Below are positions 11,438-20,321 of a DNA stretch of 64,000 nucleotides, piece after piece. Below the pieces are notes generated by a model. That model did no database searches. It was not told where the DNA came from and worked only from the letters and a program-made list of their open reading frames with translations. Position 1 is the first letter of the stretch; each line of letters opens with the position of its first letter. The stretch lies in assembly GCA_014382365.1 (NCBI GenBank), contig JACNJW010000035.1:1165-65164 (forward strand), given 5' to 3'. The position numbers were made by a program, and so were the translations under genes. Origin of the DNA: SAR324 cluster bacterium. Lineage in GTDB: Bacteria > SAR324 > NAC60-12.

Positions 11438-13030
11438 ATGAACAACATAAATATTTCCGGAAAGATGCATCCGGGATTTGAGATAATTCTGACAGAGGAA
11501 GCACAGGAATTTTTAATCAAACTGCATCAAAGATTCAACAATACCCGCAAAGCTCTATTAGGGCGCCGCTCAGAAATTCATCAAAAAATTCTTGCAGGTG
11601 AAAATCCTATATTTTTACCTGAAACCGCATCTGTCCGTAAAGGAAACTGGCAAGTAGCACCCATTCCTGATGACCTGCAGGACCGCCGCTGTGAAATTAC
11701 AGGACCCGCAGAAGCAAAGATGATGATCAACGCACTCAATTCCGGTGCAAAAATTTTCATGGTCGATTTAGAAGATTCGATTACACCCAACTGGTTCAAT
11801 CAAATCCAGGGACAGGCAAATTTATCGGCTGCCTACGAACGCACGCTTGAATTTAACAGTCCGGAAGGCAAGGAATATCGACTAAATTCAGGAGAGCTGG
11901 CAACATTAATTGTCCGTCCACGTGGCTGGCATCTGGAAGAAAAGCATATCCTGATTGATGGTGAGGTTGCTTCAGGTTCACTGGTGGATGCCGGACTTTA
12001 TCTGTTCCACAATATCAAACGAACCCTGAACAAAGGTACCGGTCCGTATTTTTATCTGCCGAAACTGGAAAACCATTTGGAAGCCCGTTTGTGGGATGAG
12101 GTTTTTGCCTTTGCAGAACAGGAGTTGGGTGTAACACATGGCACCATCAAGGTGACTGTGCTGCTGGAAACTATTTTGGCTTCTTTTGAAATTGATGAAA
12201 TTCTGTATGAGTTGCGTGAACACATGGCTGGAATCAATGCCGGACGTTGGGATTATATGTTTAGTGCAATCAAAAAATTTCGGCATGTACCGGAATTCCT
12301 CTGGCCGGACCGTGCACAAGTCACGATGACTGCACCAATGATGAGGGCCTATACTGAATTGCTGGTACAGACTTGTCATAAACGTGGTGCACATGCGATT
12401 GGAGGAATGGCTGCTTTTATTCCCAGCCGCCGTGACGCGGAAGTAAACCGCGTTGCGCTGGCCAAAGTTAAAGAGGATAAGGAACGCGAAGCACAAGATG
12501 GTTTTGACGGCTCATGGGTCGCACACCCTGACCTGGTTCCGGTTTGTACTGATGTTTTCAGCAAGGCTTTTGAAGACGGCAGAGTAAATCAAAAGCACCG
12601 CTTGCGTGAGGATGTTCAAGTAACACCGGAGATGCTGCTGGATTTTAAAATACCGGGAGGAAAAATAACTGAATCCGGTTTGCGCAACAATATCAGTGTG
12701 GGAATCCAATACATTTCTGCCTGGTTAAAAGGTACAGGTGCAGTAGCTATTTTCAATTTGATGGAAGACGCGGCAACAGCTGAAATAGCCAGATCACAGG
12801 TTTGGCAATGGATTCAACATCCTGAAGGAAAATTGGATGACGGTCGTAATATCACGGTTGAGATGGTGCAAAAGCTGATTCCTGAGGAACTCGCAAAAAT
12901 CCGGGAAACTTATGATGATGCATATGATGAAGAAAAGATGAATCAGGCCCGAGACTTGTTTGTCTCATTGGTTATCGAAGAGGATTTTGAGGAGTTCCTT
13001 ACTGTTAGGGCCTATGATCAGTTGGACTGA
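11438..13030 (+). CDS. aceB: Malate synthase A
   Basis: 530 aa with malate synthase A N-terminal and catalytic-region motifs. Good SD (AGGAGG). Confidence 0.85.
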   Translation: MNNINISGKMHPGFEIILTEEAQEFLIKLHQRFNNTRKALLGRRSEIHQKILAGENPIFLPETASVRKGNWQVAPIPDDLQDRRCEITGPAEAKMMINALNSGAKIFMVDLEDSITPNWFNQIQGQANLSAAYERTLEFNSPEGKEYRLNSGELATLIVRPRGWHLEEKHILIDGEVASGSLVDAGLYLFHNIKRTLNKGTGPYFYLPKLENHLEARLWDEVFAFAEQELGVTHGTIKVTVLLETILASFEIDEILYELREHMAGINAGRWDYMFSAIKKFRHVPEFLWPDRAQVTMTAPMMRAYTELLVQTCHKRGAHAIGGMAAFIPSRRDAEVNRVALAKVKEDKEREAQDGFDGSWVAHPDLVPVCTDVFSKAFEDGRVNQKHRLREDVQVTPEMLLDFKIPGGKITESGLRNNISVGIQYISAWLKGTGAVAIFNLMEDAATAEIARSQVWQWIQHPEGKLDDGRNITVEMVQKLIPEELAKIRETYDDAYDEEKMNQARDLFVSLVIEEDFEEFLTVRAYDQLD

Positions 13031-13035
13031 CTTTT

Positions 13036-13536
13036 CTACTGCAGACGTTGAGGAACTTCCTCATCATTAGTCTGCTGCCAGTTTTGCCAAAGCATCCGGA
13101 TACTGACACCGGTTTTCGGATGTTCCCAGGCAGGATTGAGCTCAAGTAGCGGTAACAAAACAAAACTGCGCTTTTCCAGTTCCGGATGTGGAATTCTCAA
13201 ATTATCCTTGTCAATAATTTCATCTGCATAAGCTAAAATATCAATATCAATTGTCCGCGAACCCCACCGCTCGTTACGGACTCGTCCAAGTTTGTTTTCA
13301 ATCTTCTGACATTTATTCAGTAGCTCAAATGGAGAAAGCATAGTCAAACCACAAAGCACAAGATTGAGATATTTTGGCTGTGGCATCTTCAAAAGCGGCT
13401 CACTTTCAAAAATTGAAGAAACTCGAAACTGCTGCAATGGTAGCGACTTTAATTCAGCACAGGCCTGCTTCAGTAAGTCCAGACGATTTCCTAAGTTGCT
13501 CCCCAGACCTAAATGCACTAAAATAGCTTCTGTCAT
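13036..13536 (-). CDS. folK: 2-amino-4-hydroxy-6-hydroxymethyldihydropteridine pyrophosphokinase
   Basis: 166 aa. HPPK signature LGLGSNLGNR. Confidence 0.8.
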   Translation of the reverse strand: MTEAILVHLGLGSNLGNRLDLLKQACAELKSLPLQQFRVSSIFESEPLLKMPQPKYLNLVLCGLTMLSPFELLNKCQKIENKLGRVRNERWGSRTIDIDILAYADEIIDKDNLRIPHPELEKRSFVLLPLLELNPAWEHPKTGVSIRMLWQNWQQTNDEEVPQRLQ

Positions 13537-13626
13537 TATCCGTTTTTAAGTTTGAATTATTGTTAGCATGAGCTTAGCACAGTTGCTGCTAGAGTCGCAA
13601 ACAGAAGCCCGACCAGTTAAGTCAAA

Positions 13627-14184
13627 ATGATACGTATCATCGCAGGAGAATACAGAGGACTAAAATTAAAAGTCCCTACAGGTCAAGATGTACGGCCCAC
13701 TTCAGATCGGGTGCGTGAAGCACTTTTTAATCTGCTTACTCCACTGTTAAATTGGGAAAAGATGACTGTACTAGATCTTTATGCCGGTAGCGGTGCCCTG
13801 GGTTTGGAAGCCCTAAGCCGGGGTGCACTAAAAGCAGTCTTTGTAGAATCTTCACGAAAGCAAATGAAAATTATAAGGCAGAATATTGAACTGCTTTCCC
13901 TGAAGCAAACAAAATTTGAGTTAGTTCAGGACCGTGCCGGAAAATGGATTACTCTTTTTGCAGATCCGCAAAATCCGGCTTTAGTTTTTCTTGATCCACC
14001 ATTTTCAAGTAACGAGTACAAACTTTTGCTGGAAAAATTGTCACTGCTGCCTACAATCAGGTCTGGCTCTCTGATTACTGTAGAATCAACTCAAACCCGT
14101 GAAATTTTGTTTCCGAATAATTTAGAACTTATAAAACACCGCCGATACGGTTCTATCACGCTTGATATTTTACGCAAAGGCTGA
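13627..14184 (+). CDS. rsmD: 16S rRNA (guanine966-N2)-methyltransferase
   Basis: 185 aa. AdoMet-binding motif LDLYAGSGALG and DPPF motif. Confidence 0.75.
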   Translation: MIRIIAGEYRGLKLKVPTGQDVRPTSDRVREALFNLLTPLLNWEKMTVLDLYAGSGALGLEALSRGALKAVFVESSRKQMKIIRQNIELLSLKQTKFELVQDRAGKWITLFADPQNPALVFLDPPFSSNEYKLLLEKLSLLPTIRSGSLITVESTQTREILFPNNLELIKHRRYGSITLDILRKG

Positions 14185-14281
14185 TTCGGCTTGAACACAA
14201 TAATCTTGCCTTGATGGCACCACTAGCCTAATCTTAAACTGAACCACAAATGTTTTTATATAAATTTTACTGTTTTAGGGC

Positions 14282-15097
14282 ATGAGTTTTTTTGCAAAAA
14301 TTGATCGGGAGACACTGCCTCAACATGTTGCCATCATCATGGACGGTAACGGACGCTGGGCTACTCAACGCCGAATGCCAAGACTTCAGGGCCACCGCAA
14401 TGCAGTCAAAGCAGTACGATCCTGTGTCGAAGCTTCAGCAGAGTTGGGTTTAAAAATCCTGACCCTCTATGCATTTTCTACAGAAAACTGGCAGCGCCCA
14501 AAAAAAGAAGTTTCTGCACTGATGAATCTATTTTTTGAGTTTTTGGAAAAGGAACTGCAGACGATGTTGAAAAACAACGTGAGGTTTCAACTGATAGGAG
14601 ATCGAGACGGATTACCGGATTTTCTACAAAAACGCTTGAGCCACGCTCTTGAATCCACTGCAGGCAATACAGGTCTGTTGCTGAATTTGGCAATTAATTA
14701 CGGAGGTCGGGATGAAATGGTACGTGCAGTCCGTACTATTGCAGAAGCAGTTAAGGAAGGAGATTTACTTCCGGAAAATGTTGATGAAGCCTTGATTTCT
14801 GCTAACACCTATACGGCAGGACAACCTGATCCGGATTTAATCATCCGTACCAGTGGTGAGCTTCGTCTTTCAAACTTTTTGATTTGGCAGGCAGCCTATG
14901 CTGAATTTTATTTTACAGAAGTTTTGTGGCCAGATTTTACTAAAGAAAATCTGTATGAGGCTCTGGTGGAATTCCAACAAAGAAAACGCCGCATGGGACG
15001 AACAACAGATTCAGGTGTATATGTTGAAACAGTCATGGATGCTCCACTCAAAGTTTCCAGCATCAATAAAGAATTCACTTCCGGAGCCACTGCCTGA
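14282..15097 (+). CDS. uppS: Undecaprenyl diphosphate synthase
   Basis: HVAIIMDGNGRWA cis-prenyltransferase signature. Confidence 0.85.
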   Translation: MSFFAKIDRETLPQHVAIIMDGNGRWATQRRMPRLQGHRNAVKAVRSCVEASAELGLKILTLYAFSTENWQRPKKEVSALMNLFFEFLEKELQTMLKNNVRFQLIGDRDGLPDFLQKRLSHALESTAGNTGLLLNLAINYGGRDEMVRAVRTIAEAVKEGDLLPENVDEALISANTYTAGQPDPDLIIRTSGELRLSNFLIWQAAYAEFYFTEVLWPDFTKENLYEALVEFQQRKRRMGRTTDSGVYVETVMDAPLKVSSINKEFTSGATA

Positions 15098-15106
15098 GAT
15101 TAATTT

Positions 15107-15934
15107 ATGAGTGAGACCAAGCCCCCTTCTGATTTATCCGCAAGAGTCAAAACCGGGATTCCACTGGCTGCAGGAATTATACTGTTGCTCTTTACGCCAA
15201 CTTATATTATTGGTCTGATTGTGCTTGTTGTGGCTTTCATTGGAGCACAGGAACTTACCGGGATGCTGTCTGCTAAAAGTGGCAAAGCTGAAACAGTGAC
15301 TCTCCCGGAGTGGTTGTTACCAGGAACTGCTGTACTGATGGGGCTGGGAGCACTGGCCGGTGAAACCGGACTTCACGGGGCCTTGCTGCTCAGTGCTCTG
15401 GGCTGGATATTTTATGAACTGGTTTTCACACCAAAAAGTGAACTATCCAAACTGTCCACACTGGGTTTCGGTATGTTTGGTATGGTCTGGGCGGTCTGGA
15501 GTGTTTTACACATTACACTGATTAAAACACTTCCGGATGGAACTGCTTTACTGTTCTATCTTTTACTCGTAATCAGTTTCAGCGACATCTTTGCTTATTT
15601 TGGCGGAAAACGTTTTGGTAAATCTTTGCTTGCTCCGAACATTAGTCCAAAAAAAACCTGGGAAGGCAGTTTTTTTGGAATAGTGGGAGGAGGTCTAGTT
15701 GGTGCGGTTTTTGGCGAGCTGACAATGTCAATGTTCTGGCTTTATGGTTTTGTCCTGGCCATGCTGCTGGCAGTTGTTGGACAACTTGGTGATTTAGTTG
15801 AGTCAAAAATAAAACGGCTCTGTGATGTCAAAGATTCTGGAACACTATTGCCCGGACATGGCGGCATCCTTGACAGGATTGACGGACACATGCTTGCTGC
15901 ACCGGTCTTTTATTATTTGCTGCAACTCGGATGA
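15107..15934 (+). CDS. cdsA: Phosphatidate cytidylyltransferase
   Basis: 275-aa polytopic membrane protein with CdsA C-terminal motifs. Position between uppS and dxr. 4-bp overlap with dxr. Confidence 0.75.
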   Translation: MSETKPPSDLSARVKTGIPLAAGIILLLFTPTYIIGLIVLVVAFIGAQELTGMLSAKSGKAETVTLPEWLLPGTAVLMGLGALAGETGLHGALLLSALGWIFYELVFTPKSELSKLSTLGFGMFGMVWAVWSVLHITLIKTLPDGTALLFYLLLVISFSDIFAYFGGKRFGKSLLAPNISPKKTWEGSFFGIVGGGLVGAVFGELTMSMFWLYGFVLAMLLAVVGQLGDLVESKIKRLCDVKDSGTLLPGHGGILDRIDGHMLAAPVFYYLLQLG

Positions 15935-17184
15935 AATCCTCTGAAAGCACTTCAAACTGTCAGCTAACTCCAGCCTCAGTTCCTGCCAAAATAACGGTCC
16001 TTGGAGCAACCGGTTCGATTGGTCTCAATACACTCGAAATAGTTCGGCAGTTTCCGCAAAAATTTCAAATTGAAGCCTTATCCTGCCGCAATTCTATTGA
16101 GATCTTGGTTGAACAGATCAAAGAATTTAAACCTCGGCTGGCATGTGTAGACAACAGCAAGCAGGCACGTGAGCTGCGTGATGCTTTTCATAACGACGGC
16201 TCCGGATCGGAAACTGAGTTTGTCTGGGGTGTTGAAGGATTAATGCAGATTTCCAGTGCTCCTGAGGTAGATTTGGTTGTGGCTGGAATTGTTGGTGCTG
16301 CAGGACTAAAGCCCACATTTTCTGCAGTCGAAGCCGGAAAAACGGTGGCTGTAGCAAACAAAGAACCGCTGGTAATGGCTGGAGAGTTATTTGTACAGAC
16401 AGCCAAAAAAACTGGCGCAAAGATCTTGCCAACTGACAGCGAACACAACGCTATTTTCCAAGCACTGCACAACGAACCTGTTGAACGTGTGGCCCGCTTA
16501 ATTCTGACTGCTTCCGGAGGCCCCTTCAGGGATCGCTCTCTGGCGGAATTTGAACAAATTACACTTGCTGAAGCACTGGACCACCCAAACTGGGAAATGG
16601 GACAAAAAATAAGCATTGATTCTGCCACAATGATGAACAAGGGTCTGGAAATTATTGAGGCACACTGGCTATTTAATGCACCGGTTGAAAATATTGATGT
16701 GGTGCTGCATCGTGAAAGTATAATCCATTCCATGGTTGAGTTTGTGGACGGATCTTTTTTGGCACAAATGGGATTACCTGATATGAAGGTTCCAATCGCC
16801 TATTGTCTTGGCTGGCCAGAACGTCTGCCTATGAAAATTCCCCGCCTGGATCCACTCTCAATGAATACACTCCATTTTGAAAAAATTGATCCGCAACGAT
16901 ACCCGTGCCTTAACCCTGCCATCGAAGCAGCCAAGCAGGGAGGAGCAGCACCAGCTGTTTTGAACGGCGCCAATGAAACGGTTGTGAGCGCCTTTTTGAG
17001 TGAAGAAATCCGTTTTGTAGAGATTGCTAAAATTATTACTGCTGTAATGCAAAGCCTGAAAGAGGCGACAATGCAAGCAGATCTGCCTGATTATCTCAGG
17101 GAAATCTGCACACTTGAAGATGCAGAACAAGCTGATCAATGGGGACAGGAACAAGCCGGCAATATGCTGGAACAGATTAACTAG
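15931..17184 (+). CDS. dxr: 1-deoxy-D-xylulose-5-phosphate reductoisomerase
   Basis: ITVLGATGSIG NADPH-binding motif and Dxr catalytic-region conservation. Confidence 0.85.
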   Translation: MKSSESTSNCQLTPASVPAKITVLGATGSIGLNTLEIVRQFPQKFQIEALSCRNSIEILVEQIKEFKPRLACVDNSKQARELRDAFHNDGSGSETEFVWGVEGLMQISSAPEVDLVVAGIVGAAGLKPTFSAVEAGKTVAVANKEPLVMAGELFVQTAKKTGAKILPTDSEHNAIFQALHNEPVERVARLILTASGGPFRDRSLAEFEQITLAEALDHPNWEMGQKISIDSATMMNKGLEIIEAHWLFNAPVENIDVVLHRESIIHSMVEFVDGSFLAQMGLPDMKVPIAYCLGWPERLPMKIPRLDPLSMNTLHFEKIDPQRYPCLNPAIEAAKQGGAAPAVLNGANETVVSAFLSEEIRFVEIAKIITAVMQSLKEATMQADLPDYLREICTLEDAEQADQWGQEQAGNMLEQIN

Positions 17185-17207
17185 TTGCATTTAAATCATA
17201 GGAATAA

Positions 17208-17594
17208 TTGAGTTCATCTAATTTAGTATTAACTGTCTTGAAAGAGACTTATACCATTCATAAGCTTGAGCGTAACACTACCTTGCCGGAAGTGTTGACT
17301 GAGTGTGAATTTTACAGTCTGAGCAAAACACAGCAAGAATTATCTCTGGTTTGTTCAGAACAAATTTTTATTCAAAGTGAAAACAGCAGCTCAGACTGGA
17401 AATGTCTGAAAGTAGCAGGACCGCTCGACTTTAATCTGACTGGTATACTTGCTGGACTTTCTGATACACTGGCAAAAGCAAAGATCAGTATCTTTGCCAT
17501 TTCTACATTTAACACAGATTACATTTTGATTCAAAAACAAGACCTGGAAGCTGCTCAAACTGCACTTATCAGTCAAGGATATCAGTTTAAATAA
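17208..17594 (+). CDS. Small ACT-domain-like hypothetical protein
   Basis: 128 aa. ACT-like beta-alpha-beta-beta-alpha-beta pattern. Conserved position between dxr and rseP. Confidence 0.35.
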   Translation: MSSSNLVLTVLKETYTIHKLERNTTLPEVLTECEFYSLSKTQQELSLVCSEQIFIQSENSSSDWKCLKVAGPLDFNLTGILAGLSDTLAKAKISIFAISTFNTDYILIQKQDLEAAQTALISQGYQFK

Positions 17595-17621
17595 ACGTAA
17601 CCATTCTTTTTTTAGCTTATA

Positions 17622-18938
17622 ATGACTACCATTTTATCATTCCTAGCAGTGCTTGGAATTCTGATTTTCATCCATGAACTCGGTCACTATCTCGCCGCCC
17701 GCCATGTAGGAGTACGCGTAGAGGCTTTCTCAATCGGCTTTCCGCCAACAGCATGGGGAAAGCAGATTGGAGAAACTGAATACCGTATTTCGTGGGTTCC
17801 TCTGGGAGGTTATGTCAAATTATTTGGACAGAATGTTAGCGATGAAAATCCGGATGACCCCACAAATTATGCGGCAAAATCAATATTTCAACGGCTTTAT
17901 ATTCTTGTTGCAGGACCGCTGATGAATCTATTGTTTGCCTTAATCATTATGCCACTGGTTTTTTGGATTGGGATGGATGTTCCTGCTTATTTAAATGAGG
18001 TTCCACGCATTCAAAATATCCTAAGCGGAGGCTATGCTCAAAAATTAGGAGTCCTTCCCAATGATGAAATTATAGCGGTGAATGCTAACCCTGTTAAAAA
18101 CTGGGAAGAACTGCATAGTACGATGGGGCAAATTTCACCTGCTGACAGTTTCAGCCTGGAAGTTTATCGAGGTGGTAATTCAGTGGCTCTTGAAGGCTCT
18201 GCTCATGAAATGCTCCGAGCCGGATCAATGGGTTGGTCACCTTTTATGGCACCGGTTGTTGGAGGATTTACCAAACTATCTCCTGCACAACAAGCCGGAA
18301 TCCGAGTAGGTGATCTAGTTTCTGCTATCAATAACAGTGCAATTCAGGACTGGAGTGAGATCTCACCGGCAATTCAAACTATCATGAATAGTAAGCTTGA
18401 TTCTGCAAATAATTCAGAAACAAACATTGCTGTTGAATTACAGAGAAATGGTGAGCTTCTATTAGTAGAAGTTGTTCCCTATTTGGAAGAAAATTCACAA
18501 CGCTGGCTTTTGGGCATGAGCATGTCAAAGATTACGCGCTCACACTCCTTTACTGAATCAGTTAAATTGGGAACCTTCCGCTTGTGGTTTCTGAGCAAAG
18601 CTACCTTTGGGTTTCTGGCTCAAATGTTCCAGGGAGAAGGATCGATGGATGATCTTGGCGGTCCGGTCAAAATCGGGATGGTGATTGGTGATGCTGTACG
18701 CAGTGGCTTGGCTGACCTGCTGTTTTTGATGTCATTCATCAGCCTTCAACTTGGTATCTTCAATTTACTGCCGATTCCTGCTTTGGACGGAGGGCATATC
18801 TTTATGTTGTTGATAGAAAAAATAAACGGTGCTCCTCTAAGTGTGGCTTTACGCGAAAGATCTCAGATGCTTGGTTTTTCTGTCCTAATCTCTTTGATGA
18901 TTTTTGTTACATGGAACGATTTAGTGAGCTTGCTCTGA
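17622..18938 (+). CDS. rseP: RIP zinc metalloprotease (site-2 protease) RseP
   Basis: HELGHY zinc motif, PDZ region, and C-terminal LDGG motif. Confidence 0.8.
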   Translation: MTTILSFLAVLGILIFIHELGHYLAARHVGVRVEAFSIGFPPTAWGKQIGETEYRISWVPLGGYVKLFGQNVSDENPDDPTNYAAKSIFQRLYILVAGPLMNLLFALIIMPLVFWIGMDVPAYLNEVPRIQNILSGGYAQKLGVLPNDEIIAVNANPVKNWEELHSTMGQISPADSFSLEVYRGGNSVALEGSAHEMLRAGSMGWSPFMAPVVGGFTKLSPAQQAGIRVGDLVSAINNSAIQDWSEISPAIQTIMNSKLDSANNSETNIAVELQRNGELLLVEVVPYLEENSQRWLLGMSMSKITRSHSFTESVKLGTFRLWFLSKATFGFLAQMFQGEGSMDDLGGPVKIGMVIGDAVRSGLADLLFLMSFISLQLGIFNLLPIPALDGGHIFMLLIEKINGAPLSVALRERSQMLGFSVLISLMIFVTWNDLVSLL

Positions 18939-18956
18939 ATGTACCTCCATTTTTAC

Positions 18957-18985
18957 TTGACAAGTTTTTAACTTTACTATAAATT
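18957..18985 (+). promoter_or_regulatory. Candidate sigma70-type promoter (TTGACA, about 15-17 nt spacer, TATAAA) for the repeat-protein gene
   Basis: The two hexamers are read directly from the sequence. A strong SD (AGAGGAGA) precedes the ATG at 19153. Confidence 0.3.
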
Positions 18986-19152
18986 TCACTAACGATCATT
19001 TTCATATTGAAAGATGACTGGCAACCGCAGATTATGAAAGGCTATGGAAGTGGATACTGCGGTAAGTATAATCCACTTTCATAAAGACAATAAACTACTC
19101 TTCATGAGCAACTTGGAGAGATATCTTTTTAACGCAAACAGAGGAGACTAAA

Positions 19153-20151
19153 ATGGCAGAAGAAACAACAGGCGGTGAGCCGCAAGCAGGACCGGGACCG
19201 GATGCAGGTCCTCCTCCAGCTGGAGAAGTAAATATAGACGGAAACACACTTTCTTCAGATGGTGAAGGCAACATGAGCTTTGAAGGAGCTGATGGGGCAC
19301 ATGGTGAAATGAGTGCAGACGGATCTGCATCATTTCAAGGACCGGAAGGTTCAGGAATATCTGGAGAAATGAATGCTGATGGTTCAGGATCATGGACTGG
19401 TTCGGACGGTACTACTACTTCTTGGGAAGCCGGTGAAGCTCCTCCTAATGACTTGCCCGGAATGGAAGCACTTCCTGATATGGGAGAAATCGCCAACTCC
19501 CCTGAAGCAGTAGAAGCTTTTGGCGGCCCTCCTCCGGGAATGATGGATGGCGAACCTGGGATAGGTCCAATGCATGGAGACATGGAAGGAGTGACAGGTG
19601 ACGTATCTGGCTGCTCGGGTGACATGACTGGTGTAACTGGAGACGTGTCTGATTGTTCTGGCGATATGTCAGGATGCCAGGGTGATATGACTGGCTGCGA
19701 AGGCGACATGTCTGGAGTCACAGGTGATGTTTCAGATTGTTCTGGAGACATGACTGGTTGTCAGGGTGACGTATCTGGCTGCTCTGGCGACATGACTGGT
19801 TGCGAAGGTGACATGACTGGAGTCACTGGTGACATGGGGCCATACGCTGGTGACATGACTGACGTGACTGGTCCTCCACCAGCTGAAATGATGGGTGCTG
19901 AGGGCGACCAAGGAATGGGTGCCATGGATCAAGCATTTGCTGACCCAGGAATGGATCCTGGAATGGCTCCTCCAGGGGATGATCCAATGGGAGCTGCACT
20001 TGACGATTCTGCTGCGGCAAGTGATGCCGGTGGTGCAGCTGGAGGCCAAGGTCCAGGACCAGACCCAATGGCTGATATGCCTGACCCAGGGATGGATCCT
20101 GGAATGGATAAAGAGCCTGAAGACGACCAGGATGGTGGTGCTATAGGTTAA
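19153..20151 (+). CDS. Acidic Gly/Asp/Met/Cys/Pro-rich repetitive protein with 14 tandem heptads GD(M/V)xG(C/V)x; no recognisable signal peptide
   Basis: 332-aa ORF with its own promoter-like hexamers and a strong SD, followed by a hairpin. No family assigned. Confidence 0.55.
   Translation: MAEETTGGEPQAGPGPDAGPPPAGEVNIDGNTLSSDGEGNMSFEGADGAHGEMSADGSASFQGPEGSGISGEMNADGSGSWTGSDGTTTSWEAGEAPPNDLPGMEALPDMGEIANSPEAVEAFGGPPPGMMDGEPGIGPMHGDMEGVTGDVSGCSGDMTGVTGDVSDCSGDMSGCQGDMTGCEGDMSGVTGDVSDCSGDMTGCQGDVSGCSGDMTGCEGDMTGVTGDMGPYAGDMTDVTGPPPAEMMGAEGDQGMGAMDQAFADPGMDPGMAPPGDDPMGAALDDSAAASDAGGAAGGQGPGPDPMADMPDPGMDPGMDKEPEDDQDGGAIG
19576..19872 (+). repeat. 14 tandem copies of a 21-nt (7-codon) repeat inside the ORF, imperfect at the DNA level
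   Basis: Protein residues 142-240: GDMEGVT GDVSGCS GDMTGVT GDVSDCS GDMSGCQ GDMTGCE GDMSGVT GDVSDCS GDMTGCQ GDVSGCS GDMTGCE GDMTGVT GDMGPYA GDMTDVT. Copies differ mostly by synonymous substitutions. Confidence 0.8.
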
Positions 20152-20168
20152 TACCAGTTGAGATCATG

Positions 20169-20202
20169 TAAGTGGTGCACTAAATTTTTTTTGCACCACT
20201 TA
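20169..20202. terminator. Perfect 11-bp inverted repeat TAAGTGGTGCA-N12-TGCACCACTTA (hairpin; candidate intrinsic terminator/attenuator or regulator site)
   Basis: Read directly. Lies 18 nt after the stop of the repeat-protein gene and 120 nt before the ABC transporter gene. Loop and 3' flank are T-rich. Confidence 0.4.
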
Positions 20203-20321
20203 TTTGACTATTTTATTATCCCAAACAAACCCACAACATGTGTGCCATTTAGAGAGATACACACCTCTTCGTTTTTCTTCAAAAATACTAATCCTAAAAC
20301 CTTCTTAAAAATAAATCCACT

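Noticed and set aside
19335-19751. 138-aa antisense ORF (SP-rich repeats) overlapping the repeat-protein gene
   Set aside because: It is the mirror frame of a repetitive sequence. It has no SD or promoter context of its own. The sense ORF has strong expression signals.
19576-19872. Regular 21-nt tandem repeats that could superficially suggest a CRISPR-like array or minisatellite
   Set aside because: The units are contiguous with no spacers and lie in-frame inside a long ORF with an SD. They vary synonymously, so they are a coding heptad repeat, not CRISPR.
20169-20202. Interpreting the palindrome as an NtrC enhancer site
   Set aside because: The half-sites occur in the reverse order (GGTGCA...TGCACC) and with a 12-nt spacer. 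The NtrC consensus is TGCACCA-N3-TGGTGCA. It is kept only as a generic hairpin/operator candidate.
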